The translations under genes were made by a program, and so were the position numbers. Positions 36,114 through 45,315 of a stretch of DNA of 64,000 bases are shown piece after piece. The notes below the pieces were generated by a model. The model was given only the letters and a program-made list of their open reading frames with translations, did no database searches and had not been told where the DNA came from. The DNA comes from a virus (lineage: Duplodnaviria; Caudoviricetes). How positions within the stretch are numbered: position 1 is the first letter of the stretch; every line of letters begins with the position of its first letter. The DNA lies in IMG/VR virus record IMGVR_UViG_3300021425_002620. The stretch is one strand, 5' to 3'.

Positions 36114-36821
36114 TTATATTGAAACTCTTTCAACAACAAGAGTACTATCTTTATTATCGAAAGTTAGTTTATGTCCATATTTAGTAATATTATAGTCGCC
36201 GATATACTTAGAAAGAAAAATAATTTCTGCAAAGTCATCAGCATTGAAAGATTCTTGAATAGACTCTATTGTTGCTACAGTTGGTCCAAAATCAAGCACT
36301 TTAAATTGTATTGGATCGGCATATTCTTTTTTGACCGTTAGGATATCATCTAACATATAGCTTTCGCTCAAGTAACTTTTATTAAAAAAGTCATTATAGT
36401 GATTTTCAGATACATATGATTCGTATGCATCATTATCTAAAGGGATCATTTTTTCTAAAACATCTTGATCTAAATCATAAGATGTAAAGTTTTTGTGATA
36501 TCTATATTTTAAATCTAAACCAGTTAGATTTTTTACGCCAGCTGCTATTTCCATAATTTGTTCTGGCACATGTCTATTGCGTTCTATTTCAACAAATACT
36601 TTAAATGTGCCATCTGACTGTTCACCTGGTGTAGCATCTGCATCTAAAACAAATTCGTAACCTGACTCTAAAAAGTTTTCTAAGTCTTTAGCGGCCGCAA
36701 GTTCTTTAACACTAAAACATAATGTAACAATGTCTTTATCATCGCCCATTTTAGATTTATATGAGTCAACTTCTAATACTTTATAAACTAGATCTTTAAG
36801 ATCGCCTTTTCTTAGTCCCAT
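36114..36821 (-). CDS. hypothetical protein
   Basis: 235 aa with TAATG coupling. Confidence 0.8.
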   Translation of the reverse strand: MGLRKGDLKDLVYKVLEVDSYKSKMGDDKDIVTLCFSVKELAAAKDLENFLESGYEFVLDADATPGEQSDGTFKVFVEIERNRHVPEQIMEIAAGVKNLTGLDLKYRYHKNFTSYDLDQDVLEKMIPLDNDAYESYVSENHYNDFFNKSYLSESYMLDDILTVKKEYADPIQFKVLDFGPTVATIESIQESFNADDFAEIIFLSKYIGDYNITKYGHKLTFDNKDSTLVVERVSI

Positions 36822-37339
36822 TACGCTACTGCTCCTGCTTCTGCTTCTGGTGCTGCAACTTCGTCTGCTGGCTGTGCTTCTTGTTGTGCTGTTATTTGGT
36901 TAGCAGGATCGAGTACAGTTTTTTCTAGTGCGCCACCATAAATTTCTGCTAGTAAACTTTTTGGTATTTGTATTTCAACCATCCAAATAGGCAAACGATC
37001 TAGTTTACCTTTCTTTGTTCCTGGACGATAGTCTTCTGGAGATTCAATTTTACGAGGAACAATTAGGTCTGATTTTTTATACTTAACTTTACAATCATAA
37101 TCTGTAAGACGTTTTCCGCCCATTGGATCAGGCATTTTGTCTCTTGGCCACATAAAACAACAGGTTACCCAATGTCTATCAATTTTAGGACCTTCACAGA
37201 GTTCACCTTCTTCCCAGTTGTCATAAACGTATAGATCTAAATCGTCTAATACACGTTCATAATCTTTTAAAACAGTAAATGCTGTGTCGCTGTTGTAAAT
37301 GCTTTCAACATTTTTTATTATATCTAAACTATCGTACAT
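36821..37339 (-). CDS. hypothetical protein
   Basis: Start trimmed to MYDSLD; CGGAG SD; late promoter at 37363-37369. Confidence 0.8.
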   Translation of the reverse strand: MYDSLDIIKNVESIYNSDTAFTVLKDYERVLDDLDLYVYDNWEEGELCEGPKIDRHWVTCCFMWPRDKMPDPMGGKRLTDYDCKVKYKKSDLIVPRKIESPEDYRPGTKKGKLDRLPIWMVEIQIPKSLLAEIYGGALEKTVLDPANQITAQQEAQPADEVAAPEAEAGAVA

Positions 37340-37493
37340 TTGTTCTTTTCTCCGACTATACTTATTTATCGTATTTACAATCAATACCACGTAGTTTTCT
37401 CTCATACTGAGATGGTAAATACTTTTGTAGGACAAGCATGTTCCTGCGAACGTGAACTAGCCTACTAATCCAAACTCATCATAGGAGGACTTA

Positions 37494-38222
37494 ATGGGTG
37501 CAAAAAGGAAACAGCGTTTACAAAACGCTAACTCAAACTCCAATTACAGTAATGTAATTAATTTCAAAACACATCAAAAAAAATTAAACGTAGAAATACT
37601 TCCAAGAAATAGACATCAAGAATCATATGTACTAAAACTGTTAGACCCGTCGAAAGACATAGTTTTTGGCATCGGGCCGGCAGGTACAGGTAAAACACTG
37701 TTAGCAGTACAAGTGGCTGTAAAGATGTTTAAAGAAGGAAAAGTTGATAAAATCATTGTTACAAGACCAGCAGTGTCAGTTGACGAAGATTTAGGGTTTC
37801 TGCCAGGCACATTAGAACAAAAAATGGCGCCTTGGACAAGACCGATATTCGACGTACTACGTGAGTATTTTGATGCTCGTCAAATCGAGGGCATGATCGA
37901 AGAAGGTATTATCGAGATTGCACCACTAGCATATATGAGAGGTCGTACATTTAAATCAGCATTTATTCTTGCTGATGAAATGCAAAATGCTACACCAAAT
38001 CAAATGAAAATGTTACTAACACGTTTAGGCGAATATTCAATGATGGCAGTAACGGGCGATTTAGCCCAAGCAGACCGTTTAAAAGATAACGGTTTAATCG
38101 ATTTTGTTACTTTGCTAGAAAAATCCAATTCAGAACGTTTGGACGTAGTCCATTTTGAGCAAGGAGATATTGAACGACATGATGCAGTTAAAGAAGTACT
38201 TCAAGTTTATGGAGACGAATAA
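37494..38222 (+). CDS. phoH: PhoH-family ATPase
   Basis: GPAGTGKT, RPAVS, LGFLPG, PLAYMRGRTF, DEMQN and GDLAQAD motifs. Confidence 0.95.
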   Translation: MGAKRKQRLQNANSNSNYSNVINFKTHQKKLNVEILPRNRHQESYVLKLLDPSKDIVFGIGPAGTGKTLLAVQVAVKMFKEGKVDKIIVTRPAVSVDEDLGFLPGTLEQKMAPWTRPIFDVLREYFDARQIEGMIEEGIIEIAPLAYMRGRTFKSAFILADEMQNATPNQMKMLLTRLGEYSMMAVTGDLAQADRLKDNGLIDFVTLLEKSNSERLDVVHFEQGDIERHDAVKEVLQVYGDE

Positions 38223-38669
38223 CTAAATTTTAACTACATTTAATTTAGATTTTTCCAAAAAATCAATACCCTGTGTACTACGATATTCATTTTTGTAGTA
38301 CACAGTGGTTATACCACTTTGGTAAATTAATTTTGCACATTCTATACAAGGCGAATGTGTAATAAAAATACTAGCGCCTTCACCGCTTTCTGCTGAACGT
38401 GCTAATTTAGCAATGGCGTTCGATTCGGCATGTAGAACTTCTGTCTTAGATTTTAGTTCGTATTTTGCATCACTAGATCTATTACCATAGTCAACTAATA
38501 CTTCTTCCTCGCATTCATTAGTCCAACCACTAGGCATACCATTATAACCTATACTTATAATACGGTCGTCCTTTACAACAATCGCACCTACCTGCAAACG
38601 CTTTGCCGAACTTAGTTGTGCGAAACGTTCTGCAACATCCATGTACGCATCGATAAATTTTTGCTTCAT
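38223..38669 (-). CDS. dCMP deaminase
   Basis: HAESNAI and PCIEC zinc motifs; IGYNG. Confidence 0.93.
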   Translation of the reverse strand: MKQKFIDAYMDVAERFAQLSSAKRLQVGAIVVKDDRIISIGYNGMPSGWTNECEEEVLVDYGNRSSDAKYELKSKTEVLHAESNAIAKLARSAESGEGASIFITHSPCIECAKLIYQSGITTVYYKNEYRSTQGIDFLEKSKLNVVKI

Positions 38670-38670
38670 T

Positions 38671-38961
38671 CTAATATCCACTTCCTTTTGAATAGGGGTT
38701 GCCTGTAAACTCTTGTGCAGTCAAAGTCTTTTTTTTTGAATCTTTTGTGAGCTCGTATACAAGATATTCATTTGGTGTGTATATACGATCCCATGACAAG
38801 TTGTGTATAGGCGGTCTTCCCATTGCATCAAAATATGTTTTAACTAGCACATATTTTTGTCCAGGGTGTATTAGTTTGCCACTACCTGTGCGCTTCCACC
38901 AATATGCTCTTTTGTAAAACGCTCGTTGTTGCGGATCTCCATATGCAGTTGCACCCATCAT
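38671..38961 (-). CDS. hypothetical protein
   Basis: 96 aa with ATGA coupling to thyA. Confidence 0.65.
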   Translation of the reverse strand: MMGATAYGDPQQRAFYKRAYWWKRTGSGKLIHPGQKYVLVKTYFDAMGRPPIHNLSWDRIYTPNEYLVYELTKDSKKKTLTAQEFTGNPYSKGSGY

Positions 38962-39818
38962 ACAGCCATTGGAGCCTTAATACTCGGCATAGGATCGTAA
39001 TCTAATAATTTATAATCACTGGTTTTTGTTGTTAGTAATTCTGCAATGTTATCAAACGCTGGCATTTCAAGTTTAGGGCCCGGCTTAGGCTTTCGCATAA
39101 TTTGATCTTTAACTTGTAAATAATGGTTTTTATAGATATGACAGTCGCCACCAGTCCAGATAAATTCTCCTACTTCTAGTTTACAAATCTGTGCTAACAT
39201 ATGCGTAAGTAGACTGTAACTAGCAATGTTAAAAGGTACACCTAAAAACATATCTGCTGAACGTTGATATAATTGACAACTTAGTTTTCCGTTAATAACT
39301 TTAAATTGTGATAATGTATGGCACGGTGGCAACGCCATTTCGTCTAGTTTGTTTGGATTCCATGCACTTAGTATAATACGTCTACTATTTGGATCTCTAG
39401 TAATTTGACGTATAATTTCTGCAATTTGGTCAACACCATCGCCGTTAAAGTTACGCCATTGTGAACCGTATACAGGTCCTAAATGTTTTGTATGTGTAGT
39501 ATTAATATACCCTAGGTCTTTACCTTGCTTATCAGCATTTGCAGTCCAAATAGTTGTTTTGTCTATTAAATCATTGCGTGGCTTTTCAAAAGTAATTTCA
39601 GCAAGTCTGCGCTCGTCTGTACTACCTTCTAAGAACCACAACAATTCTCCTACAACACTTTTCCATGCAAGTCGTTTAGTAGTTACTGCAGGAAAACTTT
39701 CTTGCAAGTTAAAACGCATTTGATGACCAAACAGTGTTCTAGTACCAACGCCTGTCCGGTCTTCTACGTCTTCTCCTTCAATAAGAATCTTTTCTATTGC
39801 GTTTATGTACTGTTTCAT
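38958..39818 (-). CDS. thyA: thymidylate synthase
   Basis: ELLWF, GPVYG, SRR, LPPCH and QRSADMFLGVPFNIASY motifs. Confidence 0.97.
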   Translation of the reverse strand: MKQYINAIEKILIEGEDVEDRTGVGTRTLFGHQMRFNLQESFPAVTTKRLAWKSVVGELLWFLEGSTDERRLAEITFEKPRNDLIDKTTIWTANADKQGKDLGYINTTHTKHLGPVYGSQWRNFNGDGVDQIAEIIRQITRDPNSRRIILSAWNPNKLDEMALPPCHTLSQFKVINGKLSCQLYQRSADMFLGVPFNIASYSLLTHMLAQICKLEVGEFIWTGGDCHIYKNHYLQVKDQIMRKPKPGPKLEMPAFDNIAELLTTKTSDYKLLDYDPMPSIKAPMAV

Positions 39819-39981
39819 CTTTATCCTTTTCTATCGGGTTATCGTAGTAGTCGTGTGTGCCTGCTCTGTAACGCTGTTTACGCTCGGCTATAATCATAGA
39901 AGAATGCCAAGCTACCGATCCCATAAAAACAAGCAACACTAAACTAACGGCTATTTCAACAATACTCATGTTCGTTTCCAA
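39778..39981 (-). CDS. small membrane protein
   Basis: N-terminal TM helix; between DHFR and thyA. Confidence 0.55.
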   Translation of the reverse strand: METNMSIVEIAVSLVLLVFMGSVAWHSSMIIAERKQRYRAGTHDYYDNPIEKDKDETVHKRNRKDSY

Positions 39982-40451
39982 ATTTGAAATTTAACAGACG
40001 GGTGTTTTTCTTCGAAAGAAAGTGAAAAATTATCTTCAATTGCTTTAAGATCTAAAAACGTATCACAGTTATAATCACCCGGAATACGACTTAGATAAAA
40101 TTCATCAATAATTCCTAGTGTTTGATTAATAATATTTGGACCGCCAATAATCCAAGTTATTATTCCTGGGTTATCGTCTGCGTACATTCCAATCTCGTGC
40201 TTTAGATCTCCATTAATATAATAATGGGCGCCGGGGTACTCGTTAGCTCGAGATGTTGCTAAAACGTTTATTCTTTTAGGTAATGGTCGAGGCATGTGAG
40301 GATCTTTCCAAGTAGTCGACCCCATTATAACAGTATGACCTGCTGTGTTATCTTTAAACCATTTTAAGTCTTTACTGTTATGAGGCCAAGGAAGTGTTCC
40401 TCCTTTGCTTACTCCACCTTTATTATCACATGCTAGGATTGCTTTGATCAT
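39966..40451 (-). CDS. folA: dihydrofolate reductase
   Basis: LPW...DLKWFK...VIMGSTT, PLPKRIN, IIGG and CDTF motifs; start MIKAIL. Confidence 0.92.
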   Translation of the reverse strand: MIKAILACDNKGGVSKGGTLPWPHNSKDLKWFKDNTAGHTVIMGSTTWKDPHMPRPLPKRINVLATSRANEYPGAHYYINGDLKHEIGMYADDNPGIITWIIGGPNIINQTLGIIDEFYLSRIPGDYNCDTFLDLKAIEDNFSLSFEEKHPSVKFQIWKRT

Positions 40452-40599
40452 GCTCTTCACCAAAATGTACTGCTCTATTACCATCAGTGGTATAGGGTAC
40501 AATTTTTTTCCTTTTGTTTTCTTTAAAGATCTTATCCCAGTTGCTATCAAATGTTTTCTTATCAACTGAACTAGGTCTTTGTTTGCTTCCTTTGCTCAT
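40426..40599 (-). CDS. small basic protein (57 aa)
   Basis: Manual translation MSKGSKQRP...FDSNWDKIF; starts immediately after the ferredoxin stop. Confidence 0.6.
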   Translation of the reverse strand: MSKGSKQRPSSVDKKTFDSNWDKIFKENKRKKIVPYTTDGNRAVHFGEEHDQSNPSM

Positions 40600-40947
40600 T
40601 TATTCAATCTCTACTATGGGTATAATTCCATATTTTTCATATTTGTTAGGTTCTCCGTCATACTTTTCAGCATCGGGCATTGGATCTTTTTGATCTGTAA
40701 TATTAGGCCATTCTAAAGATGCACGTTCATTTATTTTAAACCAAAATTCTCGTTGATCGTCTGGTAATTCACTGTCTTGTACAATAGCATCTGCAGGACA
40801 CTCTGGTACACAAACTCCACAATCAATACATTCTTCAGGATTAATTGCTAGAAAGTTTTCACCTTCGTAAAAACAATCAACTGGGCAAACTGCTACGCAA
40901 TCAGTGTGCTTGCATTTAATACAATTATCTGTTACTAGATAAGTCAT
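40600..40947 (-). CDS. fdxA: 7Fe-type ferredoxin (FdxA-like)
   Basis: [17 protein letters not shown] and [12 protein letters not shown]; WPNIT C-terminal extension. Confidence 0.92.
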   Translation of the reverse strand: MTYLVTDNCIKCKHTDCVAVCPVDCFYEGENFLAINPEECIDCGVCVPECPADAIVQDSELPDDQREFWFKINERASLEWPNITDQKDPMPDAEKYDGEPNKYEKYGIIPIVEIE

Positions 40948-41082
40948 CTAACCTCCTATTACAGAGTACAAAATAATCAAAACAAATAAAGCCCACATAA
41001 CAATGCCGACTTTAAACATTTGCTCGCTTTTCTTTTTACCTGCGATCAAACCCATCTTTTTTAATTCTTTCCTTAAATTCAC
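40948..41082 (-). CDS. small membrane protein (44 aa)
   Basis: GTG start overlapping the clamp-loader stop; one TM; ends adjacent to the fdxA ATG. Confidence 0.55.
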   Translation of the reverse strand: MNLRKELKKMGLIAGKKKSEQMFKVGIVMWALFVLIILYSVIGG

Positions 41083-41993
41083 AATCTCGCTAGTTTAATT
41101 AGCACAGCGGCTAAATTAATTTCAGGATCTACGACCAATGTATGATCTACCATCCCTTGCTTAATAATTATCACTGCTTGATCTTGCTGTTCCTCGTTTC
41201 CGAACAATTCAATGTTATCATAAAGCCAGCGATATACTTCTTCCATTTCTTCTGGGCGAATGGCACCACACAAAAGCCTTCGTGCTTCTTGAATCTTACC
41301 TGCTTTAAACAGCTCAACCATATCAAGTTTCCAGTCGCTTTCGCCTGTGTCACCTTCATTAGGTTTGTTTAACGCACCGTCTACACTGTTCATTTGTACA
41401 GTGTTAATACATTTACGTAAGTCTGGATAAGTTGCTTTTACATAGGTATCGAGCGTATCCAAATCAGGAGTAACACCTTCGGTAATAAGGATTTCAGCAA
41501 CTCTAGCCGTGAACTCAGTTTGGTCAATCCTAGCAATGTGGAAGCCCTGACACCTACTATGCAAAGCGGGTATAATACGATTTGGATAGTTACAAGTAAG
41601 AATGAAACGAGCAGTAGTATGATACTCTTCCATAACACCACGCAACGCTGCCTGAGCGTTTGGAGATAAGTAATCAGCCTCATCAAGTAGCACCACCTTA
41701 AAGTCCCCAAATGGGATCATCTGTACAAAGTTTACAATTTTATCGCGAACATCATCTACAGAGTTTGTTCGCGATGCGTTAATTTCTAAAATGTCTAACT
41801 CATTTATATCTAATTCATTAAACAACAATTTTGCAAGTGTAGTTTTACCAATACCTGCATTACCACTAAACAGTAAATGTGGAATAGTTTTGTCTTTAAT
41901 CCAAGTTTGTACTTGTTTACGTTGTGCTTCGTCACGAAACACATAGCCATCTACTGTTTTAGGACGATACTTTTCTACCCAGAGTTCTTTCAT
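41079..41993 (-). CDS. clamp loader AAA+ subunit (gp44/RFC-like)
   Basis: WVEKYRPKT, GNAGIGKT, INAS, LLDEAD and SRC motifs. Confidence 0.95.
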   Translation of the reverse strand: MKELWVEKYRPKTVDGYVFRDEAQRKQVQTWIKDKTIPHLLFSGNAGIGKTTLAKLLFNELDINELDILEINASRTNSVDDVRDKIVNFVQMIPFGDFKVVLLDEADYLSPNAQAALRGVMEEYHTTARFILTCNYPNRIIPALHSRCQGFHIARIDQTEFTARVAEILITEGVTPDLDTLDTYVKATYPDLRKCINTVQMNSVDGALNKPNEGDTGESDWKLDMVELFKAGKIQEARRLLCGAIRPEEMEEVYRWLYDNIELFGNEEQQDQAVIIIKQGMVDHTLVVDPEINLAAVLIKLARL

Positions 41994-42151
41994 CTACTTT
42001 CCTGTTCTAATCTAAATTGACAATAATAATTCATCCAAACTTCGTATGCTACATATGCTATTATAGCACCAAATACTGGTACTGTAAAGAAGTTTATCAA
42101 CATAAAATATGCAAACACAACTGCCGCTATATAATCATACCATCTAATCAA
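41990..42151 (-). CDS. small membrane protein (53 aa)
   Basis: TTG start; MIRWYDYIAAVVFAYF...; 4 nt overlaps at both ends. Confidence 0.55.
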   Translation of the reverse strand: MIRWYDYIAAVVFAYFMLINFFTVPVFGAIIAYVAYEVWMNYYCQFRLEQESR

Positions 42152-42687
42152 CGTGTTATACCTAGTTCTTTGTATGCAAGTTGTACACCTCTTGCCTGAA
42201 AATAAGCGTCAGCAAGAGCATTATGCAGGTCTGCTTGTCCTAGTACTTTACGTGGGTCTGTTTTACAACAACTAAAAAGTGTTCTGCTATCTTTTACTTG
42301 CCAAAATTGCCAAGGAATAGGTTTACCAGAACCTCTACACATATCTTCAAGTATTGTAAGATCAAAACCATAACCCTGACCCCAGATAGTATCTACACCA
42401 ACTACCCATTTTGATAGTTGTTTTAATGCTTCTTCGACACTGATCGAACCCGTTTGATCAAAGGCTTCATTTCTTGCTTTTTCGTCTTGTTTAGCCCACC
42501 ATTCAATAGTATCATCACTTATTGTTCGACCTAAACGATCCTGGTCATCTACACAAATTTTAAAGTATAGTTCTGAATGCGGTTCGCTTGCATCAAAAGG
42601 ATTAAATTTAATTGCACCTAAACTTAATACTACACAACTAGGTTTAGTGTCTAGTGTTTCAAGATCGATCATTGCATGTGTAGCCAT
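42148..42687 (-). CDS. DEDDh 3'-5' exonuclease (Rv2179c-like)
   Basis: MIDLETL, FDLTIL, DSRT and HNALADA motifs. Confidence 0.88.
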   Translation of the reverse strand: MATHAMIDLETLDTKPSCVVLSLGAIKFNPFDASEPHSELYFKICVDDQDRLGRTISDDTIEWWAKQDEKARNEAFDQTGSISVEEALKQLSKWVVGVDTIWGQGYGFDLTILEDMCRGSGKPIPWQFWQVKDSRTLFSCCKTDPRKVLGQADLHNALADAYFQARGVQLAYKELGITR

Positions 42688-42851
42688 TATTTCTTCCTAT
42701 TCTCTTGTCCAATACCAGATACAATTAAAAACACGTATAACAATGGCCAAGCCCAGCCAGATAAGTATCCTGTAATATGTAGTGCCATTAAAGTTATACC
42801 AGTTAAACCAGTAGTTCCAACGCCACTACTTTGCGGTGTAGGAAATTTCAT
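42687..42851 (-). CDS. small membrane protein (54 aa)
   Basis: MKFPTPQSSGVGTTG...; ATAA/TAATG couplings at both ends. Confidence 0.55.
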   Translation of the reverse strand: MKFPTPQSSGVGTTGLTGITLMALHITGYLSGWAWPLLYVFLIVSGIGQENRKK

Positions 42852-43432
42852 TTATTTTCTCCTGTAACTATATCGTAAATTTCACCCCAATTTTTAACTC
42901 TTGTAAAAGAGTCATCGTGCATGTTATATCCATGCTCCATTACCAAAGGACGTAAACCTACGTTAGCACCTGCTTGTGCATTTTCTACTTTATCTTCGAT
43001 CCACCAAAGATTGCTTCCTTCAAATTGTTCTAGTACTTTGTCTTTATCGGCACCAGTACCTAAACAAATTAATTCTTTAAATGTGCCTTCACCAAAAACT
43101 TTATCTAAATTCTTTTTACGTAACTTTTGTGCATATTTGTTTTTGCTAAGGCTTGTAATACAAATAAATTGCCAACCTTCGTCTGCTAGTTTAGTAACAT
43201 ATTCTACTGCATCACGTAAGGCCGGTAAAAAACCAATCATGGCACTTTCATTAAAATGCCTGATCATAGTATGTCCTTGATTATTAGAGATATTATAACG
43301 CTCGCCAATGTTGTACAACAATCTTGCACCCTTAACCTCTTTGAAACCATGCTCTTCCATGTATAGGTTGAATGCATATTCCCAATTAAATAAGACGCCA
43401 TCTGCGTCCACTAACATTGTTTTTTTCATCAT
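42848..43432 (-). CDS. HAD 5'(3')-deoxynucleotidase-like
   Basis: VDADGVL, ITS and WIEDK motifs. Confidence 0.8.
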   Translation of the reverse strand: MMKKTMLVDADGVLFNWEYAFNLYMEEHGFKEVKGARLLYNIGERYNISNNQGHTMIRHFNESAMIGFLPALRDAVEYVTKLADEGWQFICITSLSKNKYAQKLRKKNLDKVFGEGTFKELICLGTGADKDKVLEQFEGSNLWWIEDKVENAQAGANVGLRPLVMEHGYNMHDDSFTRVKNWGEIYDIVTGENK

Positions 43433-43469
43433 AAAGCCTCTCTTGCCTAATATTTTACTTACTGTATTA

Positions 43470-43497
43470 TATTAGCATCAGAGAGGCTTTTTGTCAA
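43470..43497 (-). promoter_or_regulatory. sigma70-type promoter
   Basis: TTGACA-17-TAATAT with TGn; the -10 hexamer spans about 43469-43474. Confidence 0.55.
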
Positions 43498-43512
43498 GTG
43501 TTTTTTAAAAAT

Positions 43513-43932
43513 TTATATGAAAGTTGCAAGTTTGGGGGCTTGCCAATTTTTAGGTTTTAGAACTTTGCCGTCTTCTCGTTTGATAACTTTACCAGTATTA
43601 GGGTCAATTTTAGCAAAGTTTGTACTCATAACTTCTTTCCACGCTGCTTCGCCGTTGAATCCACCTGAGTGTATGGCACCAATTGTAACCACTAAGATGT
43701 CAATTAGTGCATCTAATTGTTCAACACGATCGTGTCCTTGAAGAGCTACATCTAGTTCTTCTACTTCTTCTTTGATCAAATCTAGATACATATCATATTG
43801 ATCTGAATTATATTGATTAGTAGTTTGATCACACGCTTGCATAAATTTTTCTTGATCTGCAAAGGGTGTAACTTCTACATTTACGTTATTTTGTTCTCTA
43901 GTTTCTGCTGTTGGTCCGTAATGAACGCCCAT
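43513..43932 (-). CDS. MazG/PRA-PH-like all-alpha NTP pyrophosphohydrolase
   Basis: EEVEEL...DALID, SNFAK-like STNFAK, and DGKVLKP motifs. Confidence 0.85.
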   Translation of the reverse strand: MGVHYGPTAETREQNNVNVEVTPFADQEKFMQACDQTTNQYNSDQYDMYLDLIKEEVEELDVALQGHDRVEQLDALIDILVVTIGAIHSGGFNGEAAWKEVMSTNFAKIDPNTGKVIKREDGKVLKPKNWQAPKLATFI

Positions 43933-43942
43933 TGTTTACCTC

Positions 43943-44323
43943 TTATTGATTTATAAATGAACTAGGGTCGATAGTAGCATGTTCACCATCGCCGTATTCT
44001 GCTCCAATTTGAACAGAATTTGGTTTTTCGTTTGCCCAACCCAAAACAGATTCAGCTTCTGCCATTCTGAGTTCAACATCGTTTAATTTAAATGCTCGAG
44101 TCCAGCGACCATGTTCGATAAGAATCCAATCGTCTACTTGATACTCGTCATTATTTTCTGGTCCTTTAGAATGTACTTGTCCCCAACGTGGGTAGATACC
44201 ACGAGTTTTTCCATCATCGCTGCTGATAATTAGACCACTTGCGGTTTGTTGTTCTCCGAAGTACATATTTTTAATAAGGACACGATTGCCAATAGGCTCT
44301 GCTACTCCTTCGAAAGATTTCAT
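43943..44323 (-). CDS. groES: GroES-like co-chaperonin
   Basis: PIGNRVLI, TASGLII, G-x-V-x-x-x-GP and V-x-x-x-D-x-I pattern. Confidence 0.8.
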   Translation of the reverse strand: MKSFEGVAEPIGNRVLIKNMYFGEQQTASGLIISSDDGKTRGIYPRWGQVHSKGPENNDEYQVDDWILIEHGRWTRAFKLNDVELRMAEAESVLGWANEKPNSVQIGAEYGDGEHATIDPSSFINQ

Positions 44324-44326
44324 TTT

Positions 44327-44749
44327 TTAACTACCTTTTTTTACAAAATTGCCGTCGTTGTCTTCAACCCATTCGTCGTCCATATCTTCAAACATTTCTT
44401 GTTCATCTTTAGACAACTCAGCTTCTTCTACTTTTTGCTGGGCTTTAGAAGTTTTTTTAGTACTTGCCTTTGGCTTTTCTTTTGTTTCAACCTGTGCAGT
44501 ACTTACTGGCGCTGCTAAATGACTTGGTTCATCAGCAACTGGCATTGAAGAATTGTTATAATAGTCTTTAATAACATCTTCACGCTTTTTAATAATTTTA
44601 CCGCCAGGGCCTAATTCGTCGCCACGTGCATTTACACGCACATTGCCTACTGCCGGAGTAAGTTCATTTCTTTTGCGTAGTAAGTCCATATCAATTTGCT
44701 TACCTTGCATTGTTGTATAGGTCTTTTGACCTTTTTGTCTTTGTGCCAT
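44327..44749 (-). CDS. hypothetical protein
   Basis: 140 aa; AGGAG SD; late promoter at 44776-44782. Confidence 0.8.
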   Translation of the reverse strand: MAQRQKGQKTYTTMQGKQIDMDLLRKRNELTPAVGNVRVNARGDELGPGGKIIKKREDVIKDYYNNSSMPVADEPSHLAAPVSTAQVETKEKPKASTKKTSKAQQKVEEAELSKDEQEMFEDMDDEWVEDNDGNFVKKGS

Positions 44750-44778
44750 TTTAATTCTCCTGTGAATTATGTACGTAT

Positions 44779-45306
44779 TTATCTCAAGAACTCACGCCAG
44801 TCTAGGCCATATTGGATTGAATTTATCTTATGTACTCCTATCAAATATAACACATAACTAGCAACACTTGATCCACGTCCTACACCCCATACAATCCCAT
44901 TCTCACGCATAAAATCTACAAGATAGATCATATAGCGTAATAGTGGATACATATCACGTTGTTTATATGCTTCTAATTCTTCTAAGCACCTAGCCCACTC
45001 TGTTGTAAGTTTGCCGCCTATCTTACCTAATAAATGTGCTTCAACATCTAGCTCTTTATATTCATCAGGCATAAACCATTCACTTTGACATACATTGTCA
45101 AAAGTCTTTTGATCTACATCTAATGGAATGTACTTTTGTAGTTTGTCAAAGCCTTGCTCTTCCATAGCAGTATTGAACTTGTCTACATCGTCGTTTGCAT
45201 CGCACAATACCACATGGACTTTATCCGCATGACCACTATAGATCATATCGATCAAATCGCGATTAGAGAATCGTGGAATACCTAGTTCGTCTGTTTTCAT
45301 AAGCAT
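44779..45306 (-). CDS. short DnaE (Pol III alpha)-like protein lacking catalytic aspartates
   Basis: GVGRGSSVASYVLYLIGVHKINSIQYGLDWREFLR aligns with the DnaE GPGRGSxAGSLV...FERFL segment, then stops. Confidence 0.75.
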   Translation of the reverse strand: MLMKTDELGIPRFSNRDLIDMIYSGHADKVHVVLCDANDDVDKFNTAMEEQGFDKLQKYIPLDVDQKTFDNVCQSEWFMPDEYKELDVEAHLLGKIGGKLTTEWARCLEELEAYKQRDMYPLLRYMIYLVDFMRENGIVWGVGRGSSVASYVLYLIGVHKINSIQYGLDWREFLR

Positions 45307-45315
45307 ACAAGTATT

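Noticed and set aside
37380-37493. Pho box upstream of phoH
   Set aside because: No tandem CTGTCA-like direct repeats recognised.
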